DNA of 53,367 nucleotides from Candidatus Aenigmarchaeota archaeon CG_4_9_14_3_um_filter_37_18 (GTDB taxonomy: Archaea; Aenigmatarchaeota; Aenigmatarchaeia; CG10238-14): the NCBI GenBank assembly GCA_002789635.1, contig PFTQ01000044.1, positions 837-54,203 on the forward strand, in the 5' to 3' direction. Below the pieces are notes generated by a model. The model saw only the letters and a list, made by a program, of their open reading frames with translations, ran no database searches and was not told the origin of the DNA. The stretch's first letter is position 1. Each line of letters opens with the position of its first letter. The position numbers and the translations under genes are program-made. Positions 33,800 through 41,992 of this stretch are shown here, one piece after another.

Positions 33800-34393
33800 A
33801 TGTCTTTGTTCAGCGGCGTTGTAGATTCACTTTTTAAATACGGAGTTTATGAATTCTATTTGCCTTTTCTGCTGACATTTGCTATATTCTATGCATTAAT
33901 AAGAAGAACCAGGGTTTTCGGTGGAGATAAAGTTGCAAACAATATTAGTACTTTAGTATCATTAGTCGCCGCGCTTTATGTGATGGCTTTCAGCCCGTTT
34001 GCAGGCTCTATCAGCACGTTCTTTGCAACATTTTTTGCAGGGACTTCTGTTGTTTTAGTAGTTATACTATCACTGCTCATGATAACAATGATGTTGTTCG
34101 GGCCATTCTGGACTAAATTTGGGGATATGGAATGGTGGGGGAAACATCTGTGGGTATTTGTTATTATTGGGCTATTAATTACATTATCTTTATTTGTTGC
34201 CAGTGGGGGAGGAAAATTATTTGGCCTGATTATACCCCCAAATTTTGGAATACCTGGCTTAAATGGAGAAGATGTTGCAATAATAATACTACTATTGTTG
34301 ACTGTCGGAATAGTATTCCTGGTGCAGGGAACAAGCAGTGAAGAGGAAAAAGACCCAGAATTCACGATCCAAAAACGCAAGAAAGATTCATAG
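33800..34393 (+). CDS. membrane protein, paralog 3 of 3 (unknown family)
   Basis: L.KYGVYEFYLPFLLTFAIFYALIRRTRVFGG plus 4 TM helices. It starts 1 nt after the paralog 2 stop. Confidence 0.6.
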   Translation: MSLFSGVVDSLFKYGVYEFYLPFLLTFAIFYALIRRTRVFGGDKVANNISTLVSLVAALYVMAFSPFAGSISTFFATFFAGTSVVLVVILSLLMITMMLFGPFWTKFGDMEWWGKHLWVFVIIGLLITLSLFVASGGGKLFGLIIPPNFGIPGLNGEDVAIIILLLLTVGIVFLVQGTSSEEEKDPEFTIQKRKKDS

Positions 34394-34636
34394 AACTAAT
34401 TTCCATGTTAATTGACCATTCTTCTTTTGTTTTTTCTAAATTTTTCCCAGCATTAAAAAGAAATTATTTTCAAAAGTTTAAAAAAATCCTTTTTTTCACG
34501 TCACTAAAATCAGGGACCATCAACAAAAGCGGTTTTTTCTGTGAGTATATTGTTCTAGCAATATAACTTATTATCGATTTTTATTTTCATTGTCTTATTG
34601 TTTATCATAAGAATACCTAAACAATTACCTAACTCG

Positions 34637-34879
34637 TCAATCTTTCAAAACTTTCAAATCTTCTCCTGCCTCAAACAATCCCCAGTCGAAGGAAATAGCT
34701 TCCCATGCCCTGATATAATCCCCTTGATCTAGAAAATGCTCTGTGTCAATGATGTATGCCTGTATATTCTTCAGGAGTTCTTCACCTTTCTTGTCAGCTG
34801 GCTTGACATTTTCCATTTTTTTCTTAAGCTTATTCAGCCATTTTTCTATCAGTTCTTTTGGTATTTTATCTTTAACCAT
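34637..34879 (-). CDS. DUF357-like small archaeal protein
   Basis: 80-aa helical protein. The IQAYIIDTEHFLDQGDYIRAWEAISFDWG pattern resembles DUF357, recalled from memory. Confidence 0.5.
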   Translation of the reverse strand: MVKDKIPKELIEKWLNKLKKKMENVKPADKKGEELLKNIQAYIIDTEHFLDQGDYIRAWEAISFDWGLFEAGEDLKVLKD

Positions 34880-35629
34880 TCAATCAGCTCTATGATACTC
34901 GAGATATTCTTTTTCTGTAAAGTGTAATTTTCCTAGAATTATTAACACGAAAGGCGGGTTTCCAAAATCCTTATCAATTAAATTTTTAATTTTCCCATAA
35001 GCTATGAGAGGTTCTTCGCTTCCAGCTCTGCCGAAAATAACTATTTCATCCTCTTGTGTGATGTCATCTGACTTTAAAAGAACTTCCATTCCTTCACTCG
35101 GAGTCATGTATTTTTCTTTTTCTGAGATCAGATCAAGCAGACATAAGGTATGTAAATCTCTTCCCTTGTTATCACGAATTATCTTAGAGACGCTCTTTGG
35201 AAATTGATTGTTCATTTTTTCAAGAAAAGGTATGGTCACAGTTGCGCCGAACTTGTACAGATGCAGCCCTGTCTCTCCTGCAGCCGAATAGATTGATGCG
35301 TTGTGAATAACCCGTGTTTTTATTCCTAGTTTTTTTGCTTCTATCAGCAATGCTGTGTGTGTGGTTGCAACTAATGGATCGCCAAAAATCAGGATGGAAA
35401 TTGTTTGATTTTTCGCTTCCTTCAGGATTTTTTCTAGGTTTTCTTCGAGATCTGGTCTTTTTAGCTGCATTATTTTTTTGCCTGTCATCTTTTCGAGGTT
35501 TTCGATCGACCCAAACCATTTGGATGTATATAATTCTATGTAAACTTTATCCGATTTTTTTAGAGTTTCTAAACCTTCCAATGTTAACCCTTTCTCATCT
35601 GAGAGGCCTAGACCCATTAGATTCAGCAT
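34880..35629 (-). CDS. dph5: diphthine synthase
   Basis: MLNLMGLGLSDEKGLTLEGLETLKKSDKVYIELYTS, FGDPLVATTH, and tetrapyrrole-methylase-like layout. The 99-aa N-terminal extension in the track overlaps a plus-strand gene and was trimmed. Confidence 0.88.
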   Translation of the reverse strand: MLNLMGLGLSDEKGLTLEGLETLKKSDKVYIELYTSKWFGSIENLEKMTGKKIMQLKRPDLEENLEKILKEAKNQTISILIFGDPLVATTHTALLIEAKKLGIKTRVIHNASIYSAAGETGLHLYKFGATVTIPFLEKMNNQFPKSVSKIIRDNKGRDLHTLCLLDLISEKEKYMTPSEGMEVLLKSDDITQEDEIVIFGRAGSEEPLIAYGKIKNLIDKDFGNPPFVLIILGKLHFTEKEYLEYHRAD

Positions 35630-35672
35630 ATAAAATCTATTTATTAACGAGATATTAAATTTAAATAGGGTT

Positions 35673-35945
35673 TTGAGTGTGGGAAAAGCTATAAAAATTA
35701 TAATATCAATTGTTTGGGATTTTCTAGATATCGCAAAACTTATTCCATTCGCTGGTACAATTATAGAAATTTTTGGTAGTATATTAGCATTTATATTATG
35801 GGGTAAAGCAGGATTATGGTATTTTGTAATAGAACTTCTACCGGATTTAATTGGGATTTTTTTCCCGCCGATGTATGTTATAGGTCGCCTCTCTGCGTTC
35901 GTCCCAACAATGACATTAATAGGCATTTTTTCAAAAAGTTATTAA
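35673..35945 (+). CDS. small membrane protein
   Basis: 90 aa, 3 hydrophobic spans, GTG start. Confidence 0.45.
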   Translation: MSVGKAIKIIISIVWDFLDIAKLIPFAGTIIEIFGSILAFILWGKAGLWYFVIELLPDLIGIFFPPMYVIGRLSAFVPTMTLIGIFSKSY

Positions 35946-35963
35946 ATCTAAGAGTGAATTATC

Positions 35964-36242
35964 ATGGACTATCTAGTTAAAGCTCTTGTTGGAATTGTAT
36001 TTCTAGCAGTTGCATTCTCCCCGTCAATCATTCCTAGCTCAAGTGCTGTTTCAATCCCAGTCTGGTTGAGGGTTATAGCTGGGTTGCTTGGCTTAAGATT
36101 CCTTTTCGGGAAACTCATCGGCATTATATCAATAATTTTAGGCATAGGGGCGTTTTTTTCATTATTAATTCCGTTTTTAGGGTTTATCGGGGTTCCTTTA
36201 GGTGTTGCCCTGATTTTATTGGGAATATTCATGCTGATATAA
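35964..36242 (+). CDS. small membrane protein
   Basis: 92 aa, 3 hydrophobic spans. Confidence 0.45.
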   Translation: MDYLVKALVGIVFLAVAFSPSIIPSSSAVSIPVWLRVIAGLLGLRFLFGKLIGIISIILGIGAFFSLLIPFLGFIGVPLGVALILLGIFMLI

Positions 36243-36273
36243 ACTATATAACTTTCGTCTTGTTTTATAATTT

Positions 36274-37068
36274 ATGAAATTATCATCATACGACATCCTC
36301 GGCTCAAAAGAAAAATCAATAGCAATAATTGAAGAAACAGAAAACCCGAAAGAAATAGGCGAAAAAATAATGAAAGAGCATAAGAACATAAAATCAGTCC
36401 TGATGAAGCTCTCAGAAAGAAAAGGAGTCGAAAGAAAAAGAGAGTATAAATTCATCCTAGGCGATCCGGATACAGAAGTAATTCATAAAGAGAGCTACTG
36501 CAGATTTAGGCTGGATCCACAAAAACTCTACTTCTCAGGAAGGGAAGGAACAGAAAGATTAAGAATAGCGGAAATGGTCCATCCAAAAGAAACCGTTCTA
36601 GTCATGTTTTCAGGGGTAGGTCCTTTCTCAATTCTAATAGCAAAAAAACAGAGAGAAGTCGATAAAATACCATCCATTGAAATTAATCCAGAAGCTGTAG
36701 AATACATGAAAGATAATAAAAAAATAAACAAAGTCCAAGATAAAGTCATCCCGATTCTAGGCGATGTCAAAGAAAAATGCCAAGAATGGTTTGGAAAATG
36801 CGATCGTATAGTTATGCCATTGCCGCATGATGCCACATCATATCTAGAATTAGCCTATAAATGCCTAAAGCCAAGGGGTGGGATAATTCACCTCTATATT
36901 ATAGAAAAAGAAAATGAAGCCGAAAAGGCTGTCGAAGAATTAATGGAAGACTTCCAAGAAAAAATAAAAAGAAAATTAACCTACAAGACAAGAAAAGTCC
37001 TGCCTTACTCTCCAAGAACATACAAGTATTGTGTTGATATTCATATCAGTGAAGGTAAATTAAATTGA
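36274..37068 (+). CDS. trm5: tRNA (guanine37-N1)-methyltransferase Trm5 / Taw22-type (Met-10+ family)
   Basis: YDILGSKEKSIAIIE, FRLDPQKLYFSGREGTERLRIA, VLVMFSGVGPFSI, IVMPLPH. Confidence 0.85.
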   Translation: MKLSSYDILGSKEKSIAIIEETENPKEIGEKIMKEHKNIKSVLMKLSERKGVERKREYKFILGDPDTEVIHKESYCRFRLDPQKLYFSGREGTERLRIAEMVHPKETVLVMFSGVGPFSILIAKKQREVDKIPSIEINPEAVEYMKDNKKINKVQDKVIPILGDVKEKCQEWFGKCDRIVMPLPHDATSYLELAYKCLKPRGGIIHLYIIEKENEAEKAVEELMEDFQEKIKRKLTYKTRKVLPYSPRTYKYCVDIHISEGKLN

Positions 37069-37568
37069 AATAAATCCAACAGCCAAGTCACAGAATAATA
37101 ACCAGAATAGGAAAGGATCAAATTATAAGCTATCTTTGATAAAAGAACCGCAATAAAAAACCTTTTGAGATCAAACCGTATAATACCACAAAATACTGCA
37201 ATCACACCCCCACCCAAAGGTATAAAATTGGCGATAACTATCCACCAAATGGCTTTATATTTATCAAAATTCCTCCTAGTCCTTTCTAGATATTTGCCAT
37301 ATTTTCTTTCTATAACATCCTTGAACCCGCGACCCAAAATATAAGCGAAAACTGATCCAATAGCCCCGCCAAAACCAGAAATAACCCCAAGCAAAAATGG
37401 GTTAAGTATCTTGCCAAAACTGAACACAAAAAATGATGTAGGCAAAGGGAACAATGAGATAGTCGCAGTTTCCAAGAAGTTGAACAAAAACATCCCTAGA
37501 TACCCCCATCTATAGATAAATTCATAGCCTCCTGTTAAGATTGATATCAAAAATCCTGTTAAAACCAT
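37041..37568 (-). CDS. YqaA/DedA-like (VTT domain) membrane protein
   Basis: GYLGMFLFNFLETATISLFPLPTS..., four to five TM helices, typical size. Confidence 0.65.
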   Translation of the reverse strand: MVLTGFLISILTGGYEFIYRWGYLGMFLFNFLETATISLFPLPTSFFVFSFGKILNPFLLGVISGFGGAIGSVFAYILGRGFKDVIERKYGKYLERTRRNFDKYKAIWWIVIANFIPLGGGVIAVFCGIIRFDLKRFFIAVLLSKIAYNLILSYSGYYSVTWLLDLFQFNLPSLI

Positions 37569-37610
37569 ATTATCTAGATAAAATTAGTCGGATTAATACT
37601 TAAATCACTG

Positions 37611-38213
37611 CTAAGGCAAATGGACCGCAACTAAAGTTAGAATGGTAAAAAACATTAGGAATACCCAAAACCAGATCGACCATGTGAAGACATGCCCCCC
37701 TTCTAAAGGCGGCATAGGCAGTAAACCAAAGAAAGCTAAAATACCATTGATCTTGCTGATAATTTGGAAGATTTCTATGTGATTTATTGTATAAGCTACA
37801 CCAAAAAATGTCATCAGAAATAAGTTGACCCCGACTCCAGCCAAAGCTATATAGGCATAATCCCTCGGCGTCATTTTTATCAGTTTAATCCCCCATCTCC
37901 CAAATTTGTAAGGAATGATCTCAACATAACCTAACCCTAAAAATACAAAACCCAAAATTGATTTGAGCAGCAAAGACAGCAAGCCTATAGCAGCGCCTGG
38001 AAGCCACAATTTAAAAGTCGCCATGCAGCCAAGCCTGTCAGCCATTAATTTATGGGCTGCATATCTTAAAGAGATGGATAAAAGTATTATAACAAATATG
38101 CCGAGAAAATTTAATCCTTGAATGGGAAAAGAAAATATCAATGTTGCTAAAGCAATAACTATTGCGAGATCCCTTACTTCTGATAGTTCAATCCTTTTTC
38201 TTACTTTTTCCAT
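37611..38213 (-). CDS. M50 site-2-protease-like membrane protein with substituted catalytic motifs
   Basis: AAHKLMADRLG sits where HExxH is expected (nt 38040..38054). GLLPMPPLEGG sits where NxxPxxPLDGG is expected. Confidence 0.6.
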   Translation of the reverse strand: MEKVRKRIELSEVRDLAIVIALATLIFSFPIQGLNFLGIFVIILLSISLRYAAHKLMADRLGCMATFKLWLPGAAIGLLSLLLKSILGFVFLGLGYVEIIPYKFGRWGIKLIKMTPRDYAYIALAGVGVNLFLMTFFGVAYTINHIEIFQIISKINGILAFFGLLPMPPLEGGHVFTWSIWFWVFLMFFTILTLVAVHLP

Positions 38214-38247
38214 ATTAACACTTGATTTTTCTAAAATATATTTACTT

Positions 38248-39246
38248 CTATTCTAGATTTATTTCTTCTTTGTAGTCTTTTGTGTAGAATCTTATCAGAG
38301 TTATTAGTATTGTAAGAATTAAAGGGCCGACAATAATCCCGATTGGGCCAAAAACTTTCAATCCACTTACTATTCCTATAAATATCAGGAAGAAGTTTAT
38401 TTGGAATTTATTCCCAACAGCTTTCATTGCAAGCATATTCTCCAGTTGATTTGTTACCATATATAAGACAAGCAATAGAGCACCTATCAAATAATCGCCG
38501 AATATAATCAGGTGTATAGCCCCCCCTAGCCAGACTGGAAAGTTGCCTATTATTGGTATAAAGGATAATATCATCATCAAAAATCCCCACAGAAAAGCAT
38601 TGGGAATCCCAAAAAGATAAAAAATCAAGCCGCCTATAAGACCGCTTAAAATTGAAGAGATGAGCATGCTATAAATCATTCCCTTGGTCACAGAGCTGAA
38701 TTCATTAATCAAAGCTTCTTTTTGTGTTTTTTCAATCGGAATTGTTACTTTGAATTTTTTTATAAGGTCAGGGCCATTCTTCAAAAACATATAAACTGCG
38801 AATAAAAAAACCAAAACATTGAATAGCCTATTTGTAATTTCTGGGATAATTCTCGAGATTAAATTCAACAGGTTCAAGCCTATAGATTCAGATAGTTTTA
38901 TCATGTAATTGTTCACAATAGGAGCCAATTCCGGCGTTATGAAAGGCATAGAATTAATATCTAAATTTCTTAAAAACCAGATAAAATTTGAAATATCGTC
39001 AATAAGGCTGTATGTTATCAAGGCTATTGGCCCTAAAACCAATAATATCCCTACAAATAAAACGAGTATTATGGATAAATTTTCATTTTTAACTTTAGAA
39101 TTAACTTTCTTGTAGATTGGATAAAGGCTGTAGCTTATTATCATTGCAAATATCAAAGAGCTTAAAAAGGGCTTGAATAGAAGAAAAGAAAGGTATAGGA
39201 TTATTAAAAGAAACGCCAGCGAAAATAATTCTTTCTCCTTGATCAT
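38248..39246 (-). CDS. AI-2E/PerM (UPF0118) family transporter
   Basis: 332 aa, about 8 TM helices, with family-typical length and C-terminal GP.G...GP pattern. Confidence 0.65.
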   Translation of the reverse strand: MIKEKELFSLAFLLIILYLSFLLFKPFLSSLIFAMIISYSLYPIYKKVNSKVKNENLSIILVLFVGILLVLGPIALITYSLIDDISNFIWFLRNLDINSMPFITPELAPIVNNYMIKLSESIGLNLLNLISRIIPEITNRLFNVLVFLFAVYMFLKNGPDLIKKFKVTIPIEKTQKEALINEFSSVTKGMIYSMLISSILSGLIGGLIFYLFGIPNAFLWGFLMMILSFIPIIGNFPVWLGGAIHLIIFGDYLIGALLLVLYMVTNQLENMLAMKAVGNKFQINFFLIFIGIVSGLKVFGPIGIIVGPLILTILITLIRFYTKDYKEEINLE

Positions 39247-39288
39247 ATATAAAATTTATCTTTGCTTATTAAATTGTTATGGGATCAA

Positions 39289-40113
39289 ATGACAACAAAA
39301 ATTGGTTTGGCATTGAGTGGCGGAGGAGCAAGAGGCCTGACCCACATTGGGGTAATAAAAGTTTTAGAAGAAAATGAAATTCCAATAGACATAATAACAG
39401 GGACAAGCGCTGGGGCTTTGTTTGGCGGGGTTTATGCGAGCGGGACTAGCATTGAAAAAATAGAAAAAGTCTCTGTTTCAAGCGGATATAGAAAAATACT
39501 CTCATTGATATTTGACCCGACTAGAAATACTGGCGGGTTGGTAAAAGGCGATAAAGTAGCTAAGTTCATCTCAAAAAACCTTTCTAAAAAAAGGATTGAA
39601 AATTTTCCGATCAAGTTCGGCTGTGTTGCCACTGATATGATATCTGAGAAGAAGATTTTCTTCACAAAAGGGGATGCATCTAATGCTATAAGGGCTAGCA
39701 CATCTTTTCCAGGTTTTTTTAGGCCTTTAAAATACAAAGAAATGTATTTGATAGATGGCGGGATTATAGACCCGATTCCGATAGATATTGCAAAAAAACT
39801 AGGGGCCGACATAATAATAGCAGTTGACGCCACAGGAACATTAAAAGAATTGAAAGAAAAGATAAGGGACGGAAAGAATTTATCGATAGCTGATTCTCTG
39901 AAATTTTCTATATACAGGATGGGAAAAGAGCTCATGGAAAAAAGCTTTAAAGAAGTGGATGCTATAAAAATTAAGCCGAATGTCGGGGATATAAGCGTTT
40001 TTAATTTTGGGTCTTCAAAAGTCATGAAAAGAGCGATAAAAGAAGGTGAGAAGTCTGCAAAGAAAAAAATTGAAGAAATAAAAGAAGCGATAAAAAACTG
40101 CCAGAAAAAATAG
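39289..40113 (+). CDS. patatin-like phospholipase
   Basis: GLALSGGGARG oxyanion motif, GTSAGA nucleophile elbow, IDGG catalytic Asp motif. Confidence 0.85.
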   Translation: MTTKIGLALSGGGARGLTHIGVIKVLEENEIPIDIITGTSAGALFGGVYASGTSIEKIEKVSVSSGYRKILSLIFDPTRNTGGLVKGDKVAKFISKNLSKKRIENFPIKFGCVATDMISEKKIFFTKGDASNAIRASTSFPGFFRPLKYKEMYLIDGGIIDPIPIDIAKKLGADIIIAVDATGTLKELKEKIRDGKNLSIADSLKFSIYRMGKELMEKSFKEVDAIKIKPNVGDISVFNFGSSKVMKRAIKEGEKSAKKKIEEIKEAIKNCQKK

Positions 40114-40250
40114 ATTTTTAAGGTTTGTTATCTAAAATCTGAGTATAAATGGTGTGCCAGATGACAGGGGAATATCTTTGCAAGGTTTAAATTGATTTTT
40201 ACTAGTTCTGTTTCTAATTTATTCTCAAAAATTAAGAATATTCTAGGTGT

Positions 40251-40321
40251 GCCGAGTTGGCAGAACGGCCATGCACCCGCCTGCAGAGCGGGGGAAGCGA
40301 GTTCGACTCTCGCACTCGGCT
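40251..40321 (+). tRNA. tRNA-Cys (anticodon GCA)
   Basis: Acceptor GCCGAGT/ACTCGGC, anticodon arm CCCGC-CTGCAGA-GCGGG, T arm GCGAG-TTCGACT-CTCGC. Confidence 0.88.
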
Positions 40322-40332
40322 TTTTGTTTTTT
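40321..40332 (+). terminator. oligo-T tract after tRNA-Cys
   Basis: TTTTTGTTTTTT begins at the discriminator base. Archaeal termination commonly uses oligo-T tracts. Confidence 0.45.
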
Positions 40333-40392
40333 GCCTCTATAATAAGTTATAAATATTGAGAAAATTATACATCTGAGGGATGAAAATGTCCG

Positions 40393-40614
40393 GTGAAAGC
40401 CTTTGCATTGCCGAAGTCGGCTCAAGAAATATTTAGGGTTTTATCTAGTTCTGCCTATACACCTCAAGAAATTCATGAAATTACTGGAATTCCTCCAAGA
40501 ACAATAAGGTTCGCTCTCAATTTCCTTAAAAAGAAAGGGCTAATTATCGACAAAAAATCATTCAATGATATGAGGAGAAATTATTGCACAAGAGGTGGAG
40601 TAAATGAAAGGTGA
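40393..40614 (+). CDS. small winged-helix DNA-binding protein
   Basis: EIFRVLSSSAYTPQEIHEITGIPPRTIRFALNFLKKKGLI. Its stop overlaps the cysK GTG start. Confidence 0.6.
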   Translation: MKAFALPKSAQEIFRVLSSSAYTPQEIHEITGIPPRTIRFALNFLKKKGLIIDKKSFNDMRRNYCTRGGVNER

Positions 40615-41516
40615 ATATTTTTGCCAAAAAAAATCTTTTAGAATTGATCGGGAATACCCCTATGACTGAAATAAAAATGGATTCGGAGACTATATATGCC
40701 AAAATGGAAAATCTAAACCCATCAGGGTCTATCAAAGACAGAATTGCAAAATACATGATTGAAGACGCTGAAAAAAGAGGGATTCTAAAGCCTGGTATGA
40801 CAATAGTTGAACCGACTAGTGGAAATACAGGAATAGCGCTTTCATTCGTATCTTCAATAAAAGGTTATGAATTTATCGCAGTTATACCTGAATTTGCAAG
40901 CAAAGAAAGAATCGAAATAATGAAGCATTATGGCGCTAAAGTTGTTCTAACTCGAAAAGAAATTGGCGTAAAAGGTGCTGTTGAAAAAGCCAAAAAATTA
41001 GCTGAAAGATTAAACGGGTTCATGCCTAACCAATTTGAAAATGAAAATAATGTTCTCGCGCATAAAGAAACTACAGGAAAAGAAATATTAGAACAGGTTA
41101 AAAATGTTGATGTTTTTGTTGCAGGAGTCGGGACAGGAGGTACATTAATAGGGGTAGCTAAAGCATTGAAAGAAAAGAACCCAAATGTTAAAATAATAGG
41201 GGTCGAGCCAGCATCATCTCCTCTATTGTCTAAAGGTAAGGTGGGTCATCATAAAATAGAGGGTATAGGAGAGGATTTTATACCTAAAATAGTCGAAAAT
41301 AATTTAGAATTGATAGATCAAATTATTGTAGTTACAGACAAAGAAGCAATCCAAACATCAAGAAGGCTAGCGAGGGAAGGGTTGTTCGTAGGGATATCTT
41401 CGGGAGCAAATGTATCTGCATCCTTAAAAATTGCCAAGAAACTAAAAAATAAAAAGGTAGTTACCGTATTACCTGATAGTGCTGATAGGTATTATAGCAC
41501 TGAATTATTCCCTTGA
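40611..41516 (+). CDS. cysK: cysteine synthase (O-acetylserine / O-phosphoserine sulfhydrylase family)
   Basis: IGNTPM, NPSGSIKDR (PLP lysine), SGNTGIAL, GVGTGGTL. Confidence 0.88.
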   Translation: MNIFAKKNLLELIGNTPMTEIKMDSETIYAKMENLNPSGSIKDRIAKYMIEDAEKRGILKPGMTIVEPTSGNTGIALSFVSSIKGYEFIAVIPEFASKERIEIMKHYGAKVVLTRKEIGVKGAVEKAKKLAERLNGFMPNQFENENNVLAHKETTGKEILEQVKNVDVFVAGVGTGGTLIGVAKALKEKNPNVKIIGVEPASSPLLSKGKVGHHKIEGIGEDFIPKIVENNLELIDQIIVVTDKEAIQTSRRLAREGLFVGISSGANVSASLKIAKKLKNKKVVTVLPDSADRYYSTELFP

Positions 41517-41593
41517 GGTAATTGCCGCTAAAATAAACTATAAGATAAACATTTAACAATAAAAAAATCAGAAAAATAATAAGGTAGTGAAAA

Positions 41594-41989
41594 ATGAGTG
41601 ATTTAATAAAAAGAGTTGAGACAAAAAGGGCACCTAAAGCAATAGGTCCTTATTCTCAAGGAGTTATAGCCGGTAAATATATTTTTATTTCTGGGCAAAT
41701 TGCAATAGATCCTTCAACCGGAAAATTTGTCGAAGGAGAAATTAAAGAACAAACTACTCAAGTTATAAATAACATAAAAGTGATTTTGGAGTCACAAGGA
41801 ATAGGGCTTGATAAAGTCGTGAAATCTGAAGTTTATTTAACAGATATTAGAGACTTTCAATATATGAATGAAGTATACGCCTCAATGTTTTCAAGTGACC
41901 CGAAACCTGCAAGACAAGTTGCAGAGGTTAGTAAATTGCCACTGAATGCCAAGATAGAAATATCATGTATTGCATACCTAAAAAAATAG
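41594..41989 (+). CDS. ridA: RidA/YjgF-family reactive intermediate deaminase
   Basis: APKAIGPYSQGV...FISGQIAIDP..G......I..QT.QV..N...IL, and AR..V.V..LP....IEI. Confidence 0.88.
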   Translation: MSDLIKRVETKRAPKAIGPYSQGVIAGKYIFISGQIAIDPSTGKFVEGEIKEQTTQVINNIKVILESQGIGLDKVVKSEVYLTDIRDFQYMNEVYASMFSSDPKPARQVAEVSKLPLNAKIEISCIAYLKK

Positions 41990-41992
41990 TAG

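Noticed and set aside
32643-34380. Three long minus-strand ORFs (32643..33143, 33460..33765, 33976..34380) opposite the three paralogous membrane genes
   Set aside because: The plus-strand products share a conserved N-terminal motif and TM topology and are tightly spaced. The antisense frames are open only because of codon bias, giving I/N/P/T-rich nonsense.
35630-35926. 99-codon N-terminal extension of the diphthine synthase ORF. Similar extensions occur on taw1 (5987..6112), the PAP2 gene (10263..10421), the 43723 membrane gene and the 3417 lipoprotein gene.
   Set aside because: The extensions overlap neighbouring genes. The homologous or signal-peptide-bearing part of each protein begins at an internal Met, often preceded by a GGTG-like ribosome-binding site.
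39432-40025. 197-aa ORF antisense to the patatin-like gene
   Set aside because: The plus strand carries the GGGARG, GTSAGA and DGG patatin motifs. The antisense frame has no motif and a skewed composition.
40243-40425. 60-aa minus-strand ORF
   Set aside because: It overlaps the well-folded tRNA-Cys gene on the opposite strand.
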